64,000 nt of DNA, taken from the NCBI RefSeq assembly GCF_039654945.1, contig NW_027361696.1:56854001-56918000 (forward strand). The letters are read 5' to 3'. Origin of the DNA: Dendrobates tinctorius (Eukaryota). Under the pieces are notes generated by a model, which worked only from the letters and a program-made list of their open reading frames with translations, did not search any database and was not told the DNA's origin. Shown piece after piece: positions 11,080-24,956 of the stretch. The position numbers and the translations under genes are program-made. The stretch's first letter is position 1; every line of letters begins with the position of its first letter.

Positions 11080-14000
11080 AGGGTTGAGGCTGCTGTAATC
11101 ACAGGTCCGAGGCTACTGTAGTCACTGGGCTAATAATGCAATAAATCACAGGGCCGAGGCTGCAATAAATCACATGGCCAAGACCGCTGTAGTCACTGGG
11201 CTGATGTTGCAATAAATCACAGGGCCAAAGTCGCTGTTGTCACTGGGACGAGGTGCTGTAATCACAGGTCCGAAGCTGCTGTAGTCACTGGGCCGAGGCC
11301 ACTGTAGGCACTGGACTAATGCTGTAATAAATCACAGGGCTGAGGCTGCTGTAGTCACTGGGCTGATGCTGCACTAAATCACAGGCAAAAGCCGCTGTAG
11401 TCACTGGGACGAGACTGCTGTAATCACAGGTCCGACGCTGCTGTAGTCACTGGGCTAATGCTGCAATAAATCACAGGGCCGAGGCCGCTGTAGTCACTGG
11501 GCTAATGCTGCAATAAATCACAGGGCTGAGGCTGTAGTCACAGGGCTGATGCTGCAATAAATCACAAGGCCGAGGCCACTGTAGTCATAGGGCCGAAGCC
11601 GCTGTAGTCACAGGGCCGAGGCCGCTGTAGTCACAGGGCCGAGGCCGCTGTAGTCACGGGGCCGAAGCCGCTGTAGTCACGGAGTCGAGGCCGATGTAGT
11701 CACTGGATCGAGGCCGATGTAGTCACTGGGTCGAGGCCGATGTAGTCACAGGGCCGAAGCCGCTGTAGTCACTGGGTCGTGACCGATCTGGTCACGGGGT
11801 CGTGGCCGATGTAGTCACTGGGTCGAGGCCGATGTAGTCACTGGGTCGAGGCCGATGTAGTCACTGGGTCGAGGCCGATGTAGTCACTGGGTCGAGGCCG
11901 ATGTAGTCACTGGGTCGAGGCCGATGTAGTCACTGGGTCGAGGCCGATGTAGTCACTGGGTCGAGGCCGATGTAGTCACTGGGTCGAGGCCGATGTAGTC
12001 ACTGGGTCGAGGCCGATGTAGTCACTGGGTCGAGGCCGATGTAGTCACTGGGTCGAGGCCGATGTAGTCACTGGGTCGAGGCCGATGTAGTCACTGGGTC
12101 GAGGCCGATGTAGTCACTGGGTCGAGGCCGATGTAGTCACTGGGTCGAGGCCGATGTAGTCACTGGGTCGAGGCCGATGTAGTCACTGGGTCGAGGCCGC
12201 TGTAGTCTCTGGGTCGAGGCCGCTGTAGTCACAGGGCCGAAGCCGCTGTAGTCTCTGGGTCGAGGCCAATGTAGTCACTGGGTCGAGGCCAATGTAGTCA
12301 CTGGGTCGAGGCCAATGTAGTCACTGGGTCGAGGCCAATGTAGTCACTGGGTCGAGGCCAATGTAGTCACTGGGTCGAGGCCAATGTAGTCACTGGGTCG
12401 AGGCCAATGTAGTCACTGGGTCGAGGCCAATGTAGTCACTGGGTCGAGGCCAATGTAGTCACTGGGTCGAGGCCAATGTAGTCACTGGGTCAAGGCCAAT
12501 GTAGTCACTGGGTCAAGGCCAATGTAGTCACTGGGTCAAAGCCGCTGTAGTCACTGGGTCGAGGCTGATGTAGTCACTGGGCCGAAGCCGTAGTAGTCAC
12601 TGGGCCGAGGCCATAGTAGTCACTGGGTTGAGGCCGCTGTAGTCACTGGGCTGATGCTGCAATAAATCACAGGGCCAAAGCGCTGTAATCACAGGTCCGA
12701 GGCTGCTGTAGTTGTAGAGTCGGGTGATGGGCCGAGCTGGGGGGGGTGGTCCCTCTCTTCTTACCGCGCAGAGACGAAACAGAGACAAGATGGAGGCAAG
12801 TTCAGGGTGCAACAGGTCCAAGCTTTATTCTCTGGCCATCCACTTGACAGCCTCCACAGTACACCGCACTTCAAAGCAATACAGTTTACTTCGTTTCCCT
12901 TATCGGCCGCTTCTTACACATCGTACGTTACACTGAGGGACGTGTATGCACACACCGTCCCCGCTTCACTCGTCGACGCTCCTGACAGGTCCGTCACTGT
13001 GGCCGCCTTAGGCCCTTAAACCAACAGCGCTTCCACTGATCAGTTGTCGTGTCAAATACGGTGTCTCACACCCAGTGCCTCGTCCCTTCTGCGGTTCTTC
13101 CTGTCAGGACCACCCCCCTGACGTTCTCTCTCCTCAGTCCCCCTGGTTTAGATTCTCCTCACAGCGCACAGACTGTCGCAGTCCTCCTGTCACTGGAGCT
13201 CCCCCTGGGGACTGGACCCTTCTGGAACCCTCCCTCAGTATTTATAGCTCTCCCGGTCCCCTGTCACTGTAACCCCGCCCCCCATGACCAACGGTTTCTA
13301 AAGCCCTAAGCTGTTGTCAAGTCCTTTGCTCACACTCCTCCCTGCCTTCTAATGGTCAACCCAAGGTACTGCACGTCCACTACACTTTCCTAGCTGTTTC
13401 CCCACTGTAATAACTGACACCTACCTACACTGTGCAAACCTTTCCTTCTCTATTCTGACAAGTCCGTCCGTCAGGTCACCTTCCCTACATAGTCACTGGG
13501 CCGGGGCTGCAAAAAATCACAGGGCTGAGGCCGCTGTAGTCACTGGGCTGATGCTGCAATAAATTACAGGCCAAAGCTGCTGTAGTCACTGGGACGAGGC
13601 CACTGTAATCACAGGTCTGAGGCTGCTGTAGTCACTGGCCCGAGGCCGCTGTAGTCACTGGGCCAATGCTGCAATAAATCACAGGGCCAAAGCCGCTTTA
13701 GTCGCTGGGCTAATGCTGCAATAAATCACAGGGCCGAGGCCACTGTAGTCACTGGGCTAATACTGCAATAAATCACAGGGCTGAGGCTGCAAAAAATCAC
13801 AGGGCCAAAGCTGCTGTAGTCACTGGCCCAAGGCCGCTGTAGTCACTGGCCCAAGGCCGCTGTAGTCACTGGGCTAATGCTGCAAAAAAATCACAGGGCC
13901 GAGGCTGCAATAAATCACAGAGCCGAGGCCGCTGTAGTCATAGGGCCGAAGCCGCTGTAGTCACTGGGTCGTGGCCGCTGTAGTCACTGGGCCGAGGCCG

Positions 14001-15330
14001 CTGTAGTCACAGGGTCGAAGCCGCTGTAGTCACAGGGTCGAAGCCGTTGTAGTCACTGGGCCGAGGCTGCTGTAGTCACTGGGCTGATGCTGCAATAAAT
14101 CACAGGCCAAAGCTGCTGTAGTCACTGGGCCGAGGCCGCTGTAATCACAGGTCCGAGGCTGCTGTAGTCACTGGCCCGAGCCCACTGTAGTCACTGGGAT
14201 AATGCTGCAAAAAATCACAGGGCTGAGGCTGCAAAAAATCACAGGGCCAAAGCCGCTGTAGTCACTGGGCCGAGGCCGCTGTAATCACAGGTCCGAGGCT
14301 GCTGTAGTCACTGGCCCGAGGCCGCTGTAGTCACTGGGCTAATGCTGCAAGAAATCAAAGGACTGAGGCTGCAATAAATCACAGGGCTGAGGCTGTAGTC
14401 ACAGGGCTGATTCTGCAATAAATCACAGGGCCGAGGCCGCTGTAGTCACTGGGCCGAGGCCGCTGTAGTCACTGGGCTGATGCTGCAATAAATCACAGGC
14501 CAAAGCTGCTGTAGTCACTGGACCAAGGCCACTGTAGTCACAGGGTCGAAGCCGCTGTAGTCACAGGGTTAAAGCCGCTGTAGTCACTGGGCCGAGGCTG
14601 CTGTAGTTACTGGGCTGAAGCCGCTGTAGTCACTGGGTCGAGGCCGCTGTAGTCACTGGGCTGATGCTGCAATAAATCACAGGCCAAAGCTGCTGTAGTC
14701 ACTGGGCCAAGGCCGCTGTAGTCACAGGGTCGAAGCCGCTGTAGTCACAGGGTTGAAGCCGCTGTAGTCACAGGGTTGAAGCCGCTGTAGTCACAGGGTT
14801 GAAGCCGCTGTAGTCACAGGGTTGAAGCCGCTGTAGTCACTGGGCCGAGGCTGCTGTAGTCACTGGGCTGAAGCCGCTGTAGTCACTGGGCCGAGGCTGC
14901 TGTAGTCACTGGGCTGAGGCTGCTGTAGTCACTGGGCTGAAGCCGCTGTCATCACTGGGTCGAAGCCGCTGTAGTCACTGGGCTGATGCTGCAATAAATC
15001 ACAGGGCCGAGGCCGCTGTAGTCACTGGGCCGAGGCCGCTGTAGTCACTGGGCCGAGGCCGATGTAGTCACTAGGCCGAGGCTGATGTAGTCACTGGGTC
15101 GAGGCCGATGTACTCACTGGGTCGAAGCTGCTGTAGTCACTGGGTCAAGGGCGATGTAGTCACTGGGTCAAGGGCGATGTAGTCACTGGGTCGAGGCCGC
15201 TGTAGTCACTGGGTCGAGGCCGCTGTAGTCACTGGGTCAAGGCCGCTGTAGTCACTGGGCTGAGGCTGCTGTAGTCACAGGTCTGATATTGCAATAAATC
15301 ACAGGGCCAAGGCTGCTGTAGTCACAGAAC
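11080..15330 (+). repeat. 23-bp satellite array (gaggccgatgtagtcactgggtc and variants), interrupted by a solo LTR
   Basis: Exact 23-bp tandem units at ~11810-12530, with mixed variants elsewhere. Confidence 0.95.
12713..13489 (-). mobile_element. Solo LTR (TGTAG...CTACA), 4-bp TSD TAGT
   Basis: tagt at 12709-12712 and 13490-13493. Minus-strand TATAAATA near 13240 and AATAAA near 12825. Confidence 0.85.
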
Positions 15331-15872
15331 TTTAATAACCCGCAAGTTCATTCTACAGAGAAAATGATAAGCTGTAATTCTCTATTTAGGTAAGACAAGT
15401 AGTAAAAAAACAAGGGAAAGTACCTAAAAGGGAAAAAATGGAGTTTGTCAGCACAAATTGACTGTTCAAGCCAAACACGGAGATTTGATGCATCCTTGGC
15501 CTAGCTAAACAGTTCAGTGCATCTTATTTGTTTTCCATTTATCTCTGCTCTCATCCATCAACTGTAGAGCTGTCAATCAAGGAAGAGCTCCCCTTCCATT
15601 GCCTGATAACTAAACAGAGCAGCTCTTGTGTAATATAAGGATATGCCAAACTCCCCTGAAACAGTTAGTTTTTGGACGCCATATAAAGCTTCTTCATGTT
15701 CTAATAGATGTCCATTCGTCCGCTACTTCCAAAAGCTGCTTTTAGCTGTATGATCCTTCAGTGATCAGTTAATTATTGGGGATTCTCTGCAGCTTTGCAT
15801 CTGAGGTGTCCATGAGCGAGTAATCTACACATCCAACCTATTGGCATGTCATGTATTTTCCAAGAGTTATAT

Positions 15873-15876
<4 letters not shown>

Positions 15877-15940
<64 letters not shown>
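15877..15940. repeat. (AT)n microsatellite
   Basis: Pure AT dinucleotide run. Confidence 0.95.
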
Positions 15941-15944
<4 letters not shown>

Positions 15945-16929
15945 ATTGACAGCTGTACAAGGGGCTCATCTTTTCATAAGACGAATCATAGATTTGAATG
16001 GCACCATTCATTTTCACCATTAAAAAAAAAAAAAAAAAAACTGGGGACAATAAAATTGTACATGAAACGCTGATTAAAGGCCAATTTGTGTACTAAAAAT
16101 CCTGTGATTACGGTCCTGAGATCACAGCAGCATGAGTACATGGGCTGAAATGCTAAATAAAGCACGATACTACTATTGCTGTTAGATTCATTTGTACCAC
16201 ATTCATTGTGTACTAAATATTACCTTGCATCATGATTGTCCAGGTCAGTACATTTATGGCAAATCCCAATGTATTTACATTTATTATTTTACCTTTTAAG
16301 AAAAGCCATGATTGAGTTGTGGGAGAAAATGCTTTTACTGACTCTTTTCTTTTGTTGTTGCTCAACTCTACTTTAGTGCAAATATAGCCTTAGGTTTTGC
16401 ATGAAATGACAAAATAATGTTATAATAGCAATAACCAACTCACACACTTGAGAGACAGACGCCATTTTAATTATATTCATATATATTTACAGTATAGTGC
16501 TCACATATACCATAGATGTGTGAAGAGTGGTGCATTCACTCACACCTGTACCTGCTCCGGTGGAGCTTACAATTATCCCAATACTTACAGTACATATACA
16601 ACCAACTACAAAGGACAGCAATAAAGGGGGTTAGAGAAGCCTCCGTTACCCTCAAACTTGCTCCTTAGCTTTCCTCCATTGTGGCAATAGACAGTGGGAT
16701 CTCCCCACCTGAGCTGAGCCTCTATGTCCAGAGACCCCATATCAGGTGCAAAACGGGGGTAAACCGAAAATCAGCTTAGCACAGGGCAATTGGCCCCCTT
16801 AACGTGCACATTTGTATAAATATGTAAACTCTACGATGTCAAACAGTTTCATAGCTCTTTATATTAAAAAATTATGACACTCCTCTCCTGTGATGACTGT
16901 GGATTAGCGAAAAGCAAAAAAGAATCACA

Positions 16930-17700
16930 CTACACTGGTCCGGAGTCCACTTCAGTATTTCATAGCGCCTCCACCATACTACGTTGATCCAGAGCCCACT
17001 TCAGAACTTCATGTCGCATCTATCTCACTACACTGATCCAGAGCCCACTTCAGAACTTCATGTCATTTCTATCTCACTACACTGGTCCAGAGCCCACTTT
17101 GGTTCTCCATTGAGCCTCTATAGTATTAGCCTGGCCCAGTGTCCACTTCAGTATTCCACAGATATGGAGCCTCCATCATGCTAGTCTGGTACAGAGCCCA
17201 CTTTGGTTCTCCATTGAGCCTCTATAGTATTAGCCTGGCCCAGTGTCCACTTCAGTATTCCACAGATATGGAGCCTCCATCATGCTAGTCTGGTACAGAG
17301 CCCACTTTGGTTCTCCATTGAGCCTCTATAGTATTAGCCTGGCCCAGTGTCCACTTCAGTATTCCACAGATATGGAGCCTCCAACATGCTAGTCTGGTAC
17401 AGAGTCCACTTTGGTTCTCTATGAATCCTCTATTGTACTAGCCTGGTCTAGAGTCCACTGCGTTACTCCATGGAGTCATTATAGTACTTCCCTTGTCGGA
17501 GCACACTACAGAACTCCTAGTCAGCTCTATCGTACTAGCCTGGTTCAGAGTCCTTTTGGTACTCATTATCCTGGTTCGGAAGCTACTTGTGTACGCCATG
17601 GAGCCTTCATCATACCAGCCTGGTCCTGAGTCCAGTGTGGTTCTTTACAGAGCCACCATCATACTAGCCTAGTCAAAAATCCACTTAGTTACTCCTCGGC
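16930..17700. repeat. Tandem ~50-bp monomers, including three near-identical 104-bp dimeric units (17089-17400)
   Basis: agag(c/t)ccacttt recurs at 17089, 17193, 17297 and 17401. Confidence 0.85.
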
Positions 17701-20145
17701 AGCTGAACCACAGTGGTGTGAACTTCCTTGGCCATCACTCGAATGCTGGGATCTTGGGCACCTATTGCAGTTACAAACTCTTTGCGTCTTCATAATAATG
17801 TCTAAGATGCTGTGAATCGATCTCCGACCTAAGAAATTCACACTGCTCCGGTCTGGCTACCATGGAGTAATGAACTGGACATCGGACCAGGATAGTGCAG
17901 TACTAGCGCAATGGAATACCGAAGTGGATGTTGGTCCAGGGTAATGCAATAAGGGCTTTCAAGAAAGTTGACGCTGATCTGTCAATCTGTTTGCTCATTT
18001 TTACTGTGGCCCCTGCACAAGAAGTCCACATAGAATCCCATATTGTGATTTGGCAATTAACTCACGATCTTATAGGAACTTCTTCTTAAAAGGAAATGCA
18101 TCCTTTGAAAATGATCTATCATTTCAAGTTTTTATGTTAAACATCTTTTAAGAAATTTGGGAAATTCCTTTTTATTTTATTAAAGATCTCATGAATTTTA
18201 TAAAAAAAATAAATAAATCCTAAAATCTTGCAATTCTCACTTTGACCATTGAGCTTAAAAGTAGGCTGACACTTCCTGTTCTGTAGAGATCACTTCTCAG
18301 CAGCTTCATTACCATCACAGGCAGGATCACAATACAAGGTAACACCTATATAAAGATAACACAGGGTCCACCATTGACAATAGGCAATGTCACAGCTCAC
18401 TCCCCTCCCCTCCCTCCCTGCACAGGTCACAGAACATGCCCACAACACTCTCCCATAGAAGTCAATGAGTCAGATCCTGTCTATTGTTGTCTATGGTCCA
18501 TGTAACTGTTAATAGAAGCTCCGGCATAATGGCTGCCCTCGTAAATCATGTACAGAAAAGAAAAAAATAGAAAAAAATAAGCTACAGAAAAGCAAAGGGG
18601 TGAGTAATCAGTTGGTAGAGGAGGGTTTGGGAAATTTTGGGCATACCTGCAAATTCACCAGATTATTTCAAATGTTTACCCAAATTGCTGATGCCAAAAT
18701 AAGTCCACACAGGAATGCCCCCATCTGCCCAAATAGAATGGGGCCACCTACTCTTTTTGGTGTGGCCAACATAAACCCTCTCTTTTTAGACCAGGGATAG
18801 CCCCAAAATTGTTAAAAAAAAACAAAAAAAAACCACAGGGCAATCTCAGCAAATTTGGGATGGTTTAGTCATCCAAACCATTATAGTAAATAACGGAGGT
18901 GTAAATTTAAGCTCCTGAGCCGCAGAACAAAATTTGTAACCAGGTCCCCTATCCACCATGTGCTATTGATAATACTGGTGTCGTTTGTGGCAGAGGGGCC
19001 TTGGAGCACCTTAGGCAACAGGGTGATGCACCTTTTTAGGCCAGTGGTATGACTAACCAGTGGCGGACATATGGATGCAACCAGTGTCAGACCGGTTTGG
19101 CAATTGCCCACAAGTACTTTAATTCTTGGGGCCCACAGTTCAGCTACATAGAAAAATCACCTGGCCCTAGTACGCAAATTTACTTTTGCTTCTATGTAAT
19201 ATTAATTTAGCGAGTTTGTTTGCTATATTATTAAATTATACCTTTTTCTGAAAATTGTGAATCAAGTATAATAGCATTACTCATTATTACTCCTTCACAG
19301 GGGCCTACCGGAGGATTTTCCGGTACCACCGTGGGCCAGTCCAAGCCTGGGTGCAACATGTGCAGCCAAACAGGGGTCTCTATTTCCACCTTTGGGAAAA
19401 TGTTATCTTCCGCATCTTCCAAAAATGCACCCACCGATTCATCCTGGGATGTCCACTATTGGGCGAGGCTTACAATAGACCCCCACCGGATTTTGGCCAA
19501 GGAATACCAGCTAATCCAGGACAGTTGAGTCCTTCTATACTATTACAATTTTTTTTTTTTGCATTTTAGATGGAGGCGTACAGTTCAGACATTTTGTGGT
19601 AAAAAAATAAAATTCACATTTTTAGATAAGAGTCTGTAATGTTAAGGTCACCTCAAGTTCCTCTACAAAAAAAAAAAAAAAAAATGGATTACTTCATTGC
19701 ATGCAACTGTCTTGCAAAAAAACACTACTTGAGACAAAAAAAAAAAATGAATAGGGGATACTATCTCGCACAAAAACATGTCCCATCTTAGAAACGGAAA
19801 TCATTCTATCCCTTTAAAACTTTTTTTTTTCCTCATTTCTCAAAGGTACATTTAGCTGCCATTCTTCACCTGGACACCAGAGGGCGGCATGAGACAGGCA
19901 GGAAGCACAGGACTAAAGCTACACTGGGAAAGGTTCACATTGTGTCAGAGCCTGAGGTTGGATGGACGGTTCAGCTGTGGTACTGAGCTCATGTCCTGCC
20001 AGGACGGAGCCGGGTAACTCACATCCTGAGTGTGTTGAATTTACACATCCGACAGAGTGTCAAGAAGATGGATTGTACAGCAAATCCTGGTGCACGGTTG
20101 TAGGAATGTTGGAGAAATGAGACATTTCGGAAAGAAAGAAGACTT

Positions 20146-20235
20146 TCAACGTAATTTCAGTTCCGAATACACCACGTTGTCTGTAGAAGGCGGCAGCGCT
20201 TCAGGACTCCGGTTTTCGTATATTAATTCAGGCGT
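20146..20235 (-). CDS. Terminal coding exon of an ITIM-bearing receptor: TPELIYENRSPEALPPSTDNVVYSELKLR*
   Basis: Acceptor ctaatttttttctccttttag, phase 0, 30 codons to TGA. Contains a VxYxxL ITIM (VVYSEL) and a second Tyr motif (IYEN). Confidence 0.8.
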   Translation of the reverse strand, partial: TPELIYENRSPEALPPSTDNVVYSELKLR

Positions 20236-23200
20236 CTAAAAGGAGAAAAAAAATTAGCAATAGTGTATCATCATCAGATTTCACAATACAAACGGCATTA
20301 AGTAGACCTGATGGGGCTGGTGTACTTATGCTGATAATCCATGTCAGAATGACCGAATAATCCTTTTTGGAAAGTTTCCAAGCTTTAGCTGCTCTCATAA
20401 AATGCTCATTTTGATTAAAGAGTTATGAAGCCATTCTAAAGTAGATATTTATAGTTAGTACATCAGTCCATGAGATCATTTTCATGATGGAGGCAGTTTG
20501 AAATGGGAAAGATCTTTAAATTATAAAGTCAAGGCCGGTTTCTTCTGTCACTTTCTTTCAGAATACAAAGTATTTCAATAGACCTGACGAAGCTGCTGTG
20601 CTTACTTTGAAACTCAACTTCTGAATGATTGTTAAGCTTTACAAACTAATATTAAAATGGCATTAATAAGTCCTGCTCAAGCTGGCCTCATAAAATGTTT
20701 CATGGAGGATTATACAGGCAATATAATTGTGGATTTTCAAAGTAAGCAACCAGTCTCATCAGGTGTGAAAGCTCTATTGTGAAATATGGTGTTCAGATCT
20801 GCTATAATATTTATTTAATCATGGCTGCTTTCTTCGGTCACCATTGTTCACAATACACACTGCATTCATTAATAATTGGACCCATAGAGGCTGATGAACT
20901 TGCTTTGAAAATACATTTTTTGAATGACTGACTATGTAAGCCTTTTTGAAGAGTTTCATTAGCTAATATTAAAATTGAAAATGATAGGAGTCCTGCTCTA
21001 AGGACTCAAAATGCTGGTATGATTAGAGAATCATGCAGGCATTTTAATGTGAATTTGCAACGTAATTACACCAGCCTCATCAAGTGTAAGAGGTCTGTGT
21101 AATGTCGGATGCGGTTTGTATTGTGAAATCTGGTGCCACATATGCTTTAAATTGATTGAATATATTACTTCCCAAAACAGCACCACAACTATTTATTGGT
21201 TGGACTTGGTACTGCGGGTCAGCTACCTTGTAGTGAATGAGACTATGCTGCTAGACAATGCTGACATGTGTGGTAATTTGGGATTGGTTCAAACTTTACT
21301 GCAGAACATTTTTTGCAAGAATCTACAGTAAAATCGACAAATATCTCAAGTAAGGAGGTTCTCCAAGGATGTAACAAAATGGCCTCAAGTGATTCAAATG
21401 GCAGGACATTCTGGTCACGTATGAGCCAATGGGCGACTTATCACTGTATGCCTACATGGCAAAACAAGCCAAAGCCTTGCATCCAACATATATGCAAGGC
21501 TATGTGCACGTGATGTCTTTAAGATGTCGGCGTACCTGTTGAATTTGCCAAAGTGAAGACGCTTCGGGACCAGAATTGTTTTTTACGAAACATCTTCATT
21601 GGTGTTTTTTTTTTGTGGCAGAGCCTCCGGTCTTTGTAATTTAAGCTTTAAAATGGCGGGCGGCTTTCAGGAGGAAGCAACCCAAAGAATGAACAGGCTA
21701 CCTCTTTTAACAGCTTCTGGACTTTCAAAGCATGACAAAAGATAGAACATGTACACCACAATGTCGTCTTTCTTTGCTGTGCACTATGTTCATTCTTCGT
21801 ATAAATTTAACATTTTTTTCAGGGGAGGTTCCAAACTGAATCGCCCTGAAAAAACAGTTTGAGTTCCCACACCCTAACGTACCCATGGAAACTTTTCCAA
21901 AATATCCAAGAGGCTTTTGAAAAAAGTAGAAGACCGCCTAGACTTCTGAAAAAGTTGACAAATGCATATCTTGGGGGCAGGTTGATGCCTTCTAAATTCT
22001 CCAAAGCATGCTCCATCAAAAGACGAAAGAGGAATGTAAGAGTCATGAAAAAAAATACGTGGAGAGCAAACACCCAAATGCAGACATGGAAACTTCCCAA
22101 AATATCTAAGAGGCTTTGGAAAAAAAGTGGGAGACCTTCCAGACTCCTGAAAAAGTTGACAAATATCTCAGGGGCATGTCGATGCATTCTAAATCATCCC
22201 AATGGATGATGATGTCATGCTCCACCAATAGACGAGAGAGTTATGCAAGAGGGTTGAATGGGGCATGGAGAAGATGTAGTTGGGGGAGGCCTGAGAGGGG
22301 TGTAGGTACGTGGAAAAAAATTCTAATCAAAAGACGACCAGGTGGTCACGTCTAAACGCTGGCAAGCAATACCTAATGTGGACATAAAAAAAAAAAGCTT
22401 ATGGGGAAAAAAAAAAAAACTAGTTATGCCTAGTGCAAGGTTAAAAGGGTGGAGCATGACGCAAAGACGATCACGTAGAGAATCCCTTTGTCACGTCACA
22501 CAGTTATACTCTAACTTTATTGTTCATACTGTTGCATTAATCGTGCCTGCTGTATTAAAAAAGAGCGTTGGGCATGTTGGGGCACTTCCCTACCTTGTTC
22601 GAAAAATTCTACACAATGAGACCAGCCCCCTCACGTTAAGGTCCACCCAGCACAAATTGAAAAGGGCGGTTCAAATGGGGTAAAAAAAAGTTGAAAAATT
22701 TGATGGGTGCATGATGCTTCATAAATTTACCACCATGTATGAGATTTTTCAAACGTAATTCAATGAAAGTGAAACTTTTGCCCACCACAACCAATCAAAT
22801 GTCAGTGCTCATCTTTCAGATGACCAGAAAATTTTACTTTAAGTGGTGCCAAGAACATGAAGATTTCTTTGTGCCGACACATTTCAATGAAAGCACCTCA
22901 CCTATGTTTACGAACAGGCATGTCATTACTGTACCTTTTCCTTTTTTGGCTGGTTCTTGAACTCAATCGCAGCGTACTGTAGCTCATGCTGCTCCTAAAA
23001 TAAAACACAGGAACAGTCAATTTTTAAATTTTGCTTTATACTATAGGTTTTCATTAAAAGGTTTTTCATCTTATCAACTTCATGCATCGTTACATGCAAT
23101 ATAAAAAAAAAAAACATGCGACTATCGAATATTAATCTTCTGTTCTGCATGTGACTCTGTATGAAGGAATTTTTCATTTTACTATTTACCACTAGTTGCC

Positions 23201-23424
23201 CAAGTTACCAGTCACCGCTGCAGTCTATCACAGGTGGTCCAACATGCATTGTGCTTACAACCTATTTCCAAGAGCGCTTGTAAGCACTGCTCTGAAAACG
23301 GAGTGCACTGTTAGCACCCAATTCTGGCCATCTCCAGCGCCACAGTGTTCTTCCGATGCAGTGTCAAAAAAATTCACAGTTCGATCAAGCCAAATGATAA
23401 TGCCGCTGATCAAGTAGGACCACA

Positions 23425-23704
23425 CTGCCCTCTGGAAGGCAGGGGAGCAGTGCGCCCCTGCAGAAAAAAAAAATAGACAACCCCTTTAGTAGTGGAATAG
23501 CCTAGATGTAGGGTTCTCATGAGTAATTATGCCTAACCTGCGTTATCCAAACACAGTGCCCCCTGGCAAGTTGAAAACTAGGAGGCAAGGGAGCAGTGTG
23601 CTCCTGCAGAAAAAAAAAAAATGAGACATCCCCGTTAATAGTGAAATAATCTACATGTAGGGTCCTCATAGGTAATTATGACTGACCAAAGTTATCCAGA
23701 CAAC
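23425..23704. repeat. Diverged tandem duplication of ~130-150 bp
   Basis: gggagcagtg...cctgcagaaaaaaaa...atgtagggt...gtaattatg...gttatcca occurs twice. Confidence 0.6.
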
Positions 23705-24577
23705 ATTTCTGACTTATAATAAGACTTTCTACACCACTTTAAAAGGGATGTCTGGTTTAGAATACCCATTGACAAATACCCTATTTAGGAGTTCAGGTTT
23801 AGAAAAGAGGTCATCAGTTATGGATCTTCATCTATAAAGGCAGATATAAAGAGCATGTCTCTTTGTGGATGACCCAGCTCCTCTGTGCATAAGGAAAGTT
23901 CATTCAATTGTAACAGTGTAATGCTCCATTTTTCCTGCGGAGGCACTGCAAAGGAATTGATCACTTCCTGCTAAACTTCCCCTACAAATTATAAACACCT
24001 TTCCTTAAGGCACTACAATGGAAAAACTTGGAATCAGCCTAATATTAAAATATTCCTTAATTGTCAAGATCATGAGCTTTGCACAAACTTTTGGGTAGGA
24101 TTTCCTGATATAAATGGCTTTGTGTGAGTGAATGGTTTCCTTTAATGACCAAGTTGTGACGAATCTAAGCAACCACATTCTGAGCTGAATGAATGCGGAT
24201 ACTGGCTTTGTATTCCCCGGCAGCAGAGACCGCAGAAAAATCAAGACCTGAAAGTGTCAGTTCTATCTTAGACAAGGGGAAGGTAATTTTTCTAGTAAAA
24301 GCAAAAAATATGGGTCAGAACTACACCTGACATAGTCCATGTGTCCTCCTTCTGGATATTGGATTATGCATTTTAAAATAATGCTTTTAAACATTCAGGA
24401 TGGAAAAAAATAGCATGATCTCCTATGAAATGGTGCATCATGAGGGTGGAATAATTTGCAGTTGCTCTTCCGCAGCACCGGTAGAGGGAAGTCATAGAGT
24501 CAAGGACGTCCCAAAGAAGAAAGATTCATTTCAGATCAAATGCTTCATTGATTTTATACTAATGAAAGCTGGATTTA

Positions 24578-24956
24578 GGCTGTGTGCACACGCTGCGGAT
24601 TTTGCTGCGGTTCCGCAGCGGTTTTGGCCGCTGCGGACCCGCAGCAGTTTTTGCTGCGGTGTACAGTACAATGATTCCCTATGGGAATCAAAAACCGCAG
24701 TGCAGACGGTGCGGAATTTTCCGCGCGGATTATCTGCGGTTTTCAATCCGCAGAAAGAATTGACATGTCAATTCTTTCTGCGGATTCTCCTGCGGTTTGC
24801 CATCTCCTCTATTGAGGAGATGAAAAACCGCAGGGCAAAACCGCAGAGCAATCCGCAGGTAAAACCGCAGGTCTTTTGACCTGCGGTTTCACCTGCGGAT
24901 TGTACAAAATCCGCGCGGATGAATCCGCACATTTTCCGCAGCGTGTGCACACAGCC
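24578..24956. mobile_element. PIF/Harbinger-type MITE rich in ccgcag/ctgcgg motifs
   Basis: Perfect TIR ggctgtgtgcacacgctgcgga / tccgcagcgtgtgcacacagcc, flanked by tta / taa (TWA). Confidence 0.8.

Larger units (their letters stand above)
9149..15575. mobile_element. Foldback-like element: diverged inverted arms (~9149-9390 and ~15330-15575) enclosing oppositely oriented 23-bp satellite arrays
   Basis: For example gtactgaactgtttggctacgccaagg...aactgtcaatttgtgctgac versus gtcagcacaaattgactgtt...ccttggcctagctaaacagttcagtgc. True outer termini not resolved. Confidence 0.7.

Noticed and set aside
11080-15330. CRISPR-like regular repeats
   Set aside because: The units are directly tandem with no unique spacers, there are no cas genes, and the context is eukaryotic.
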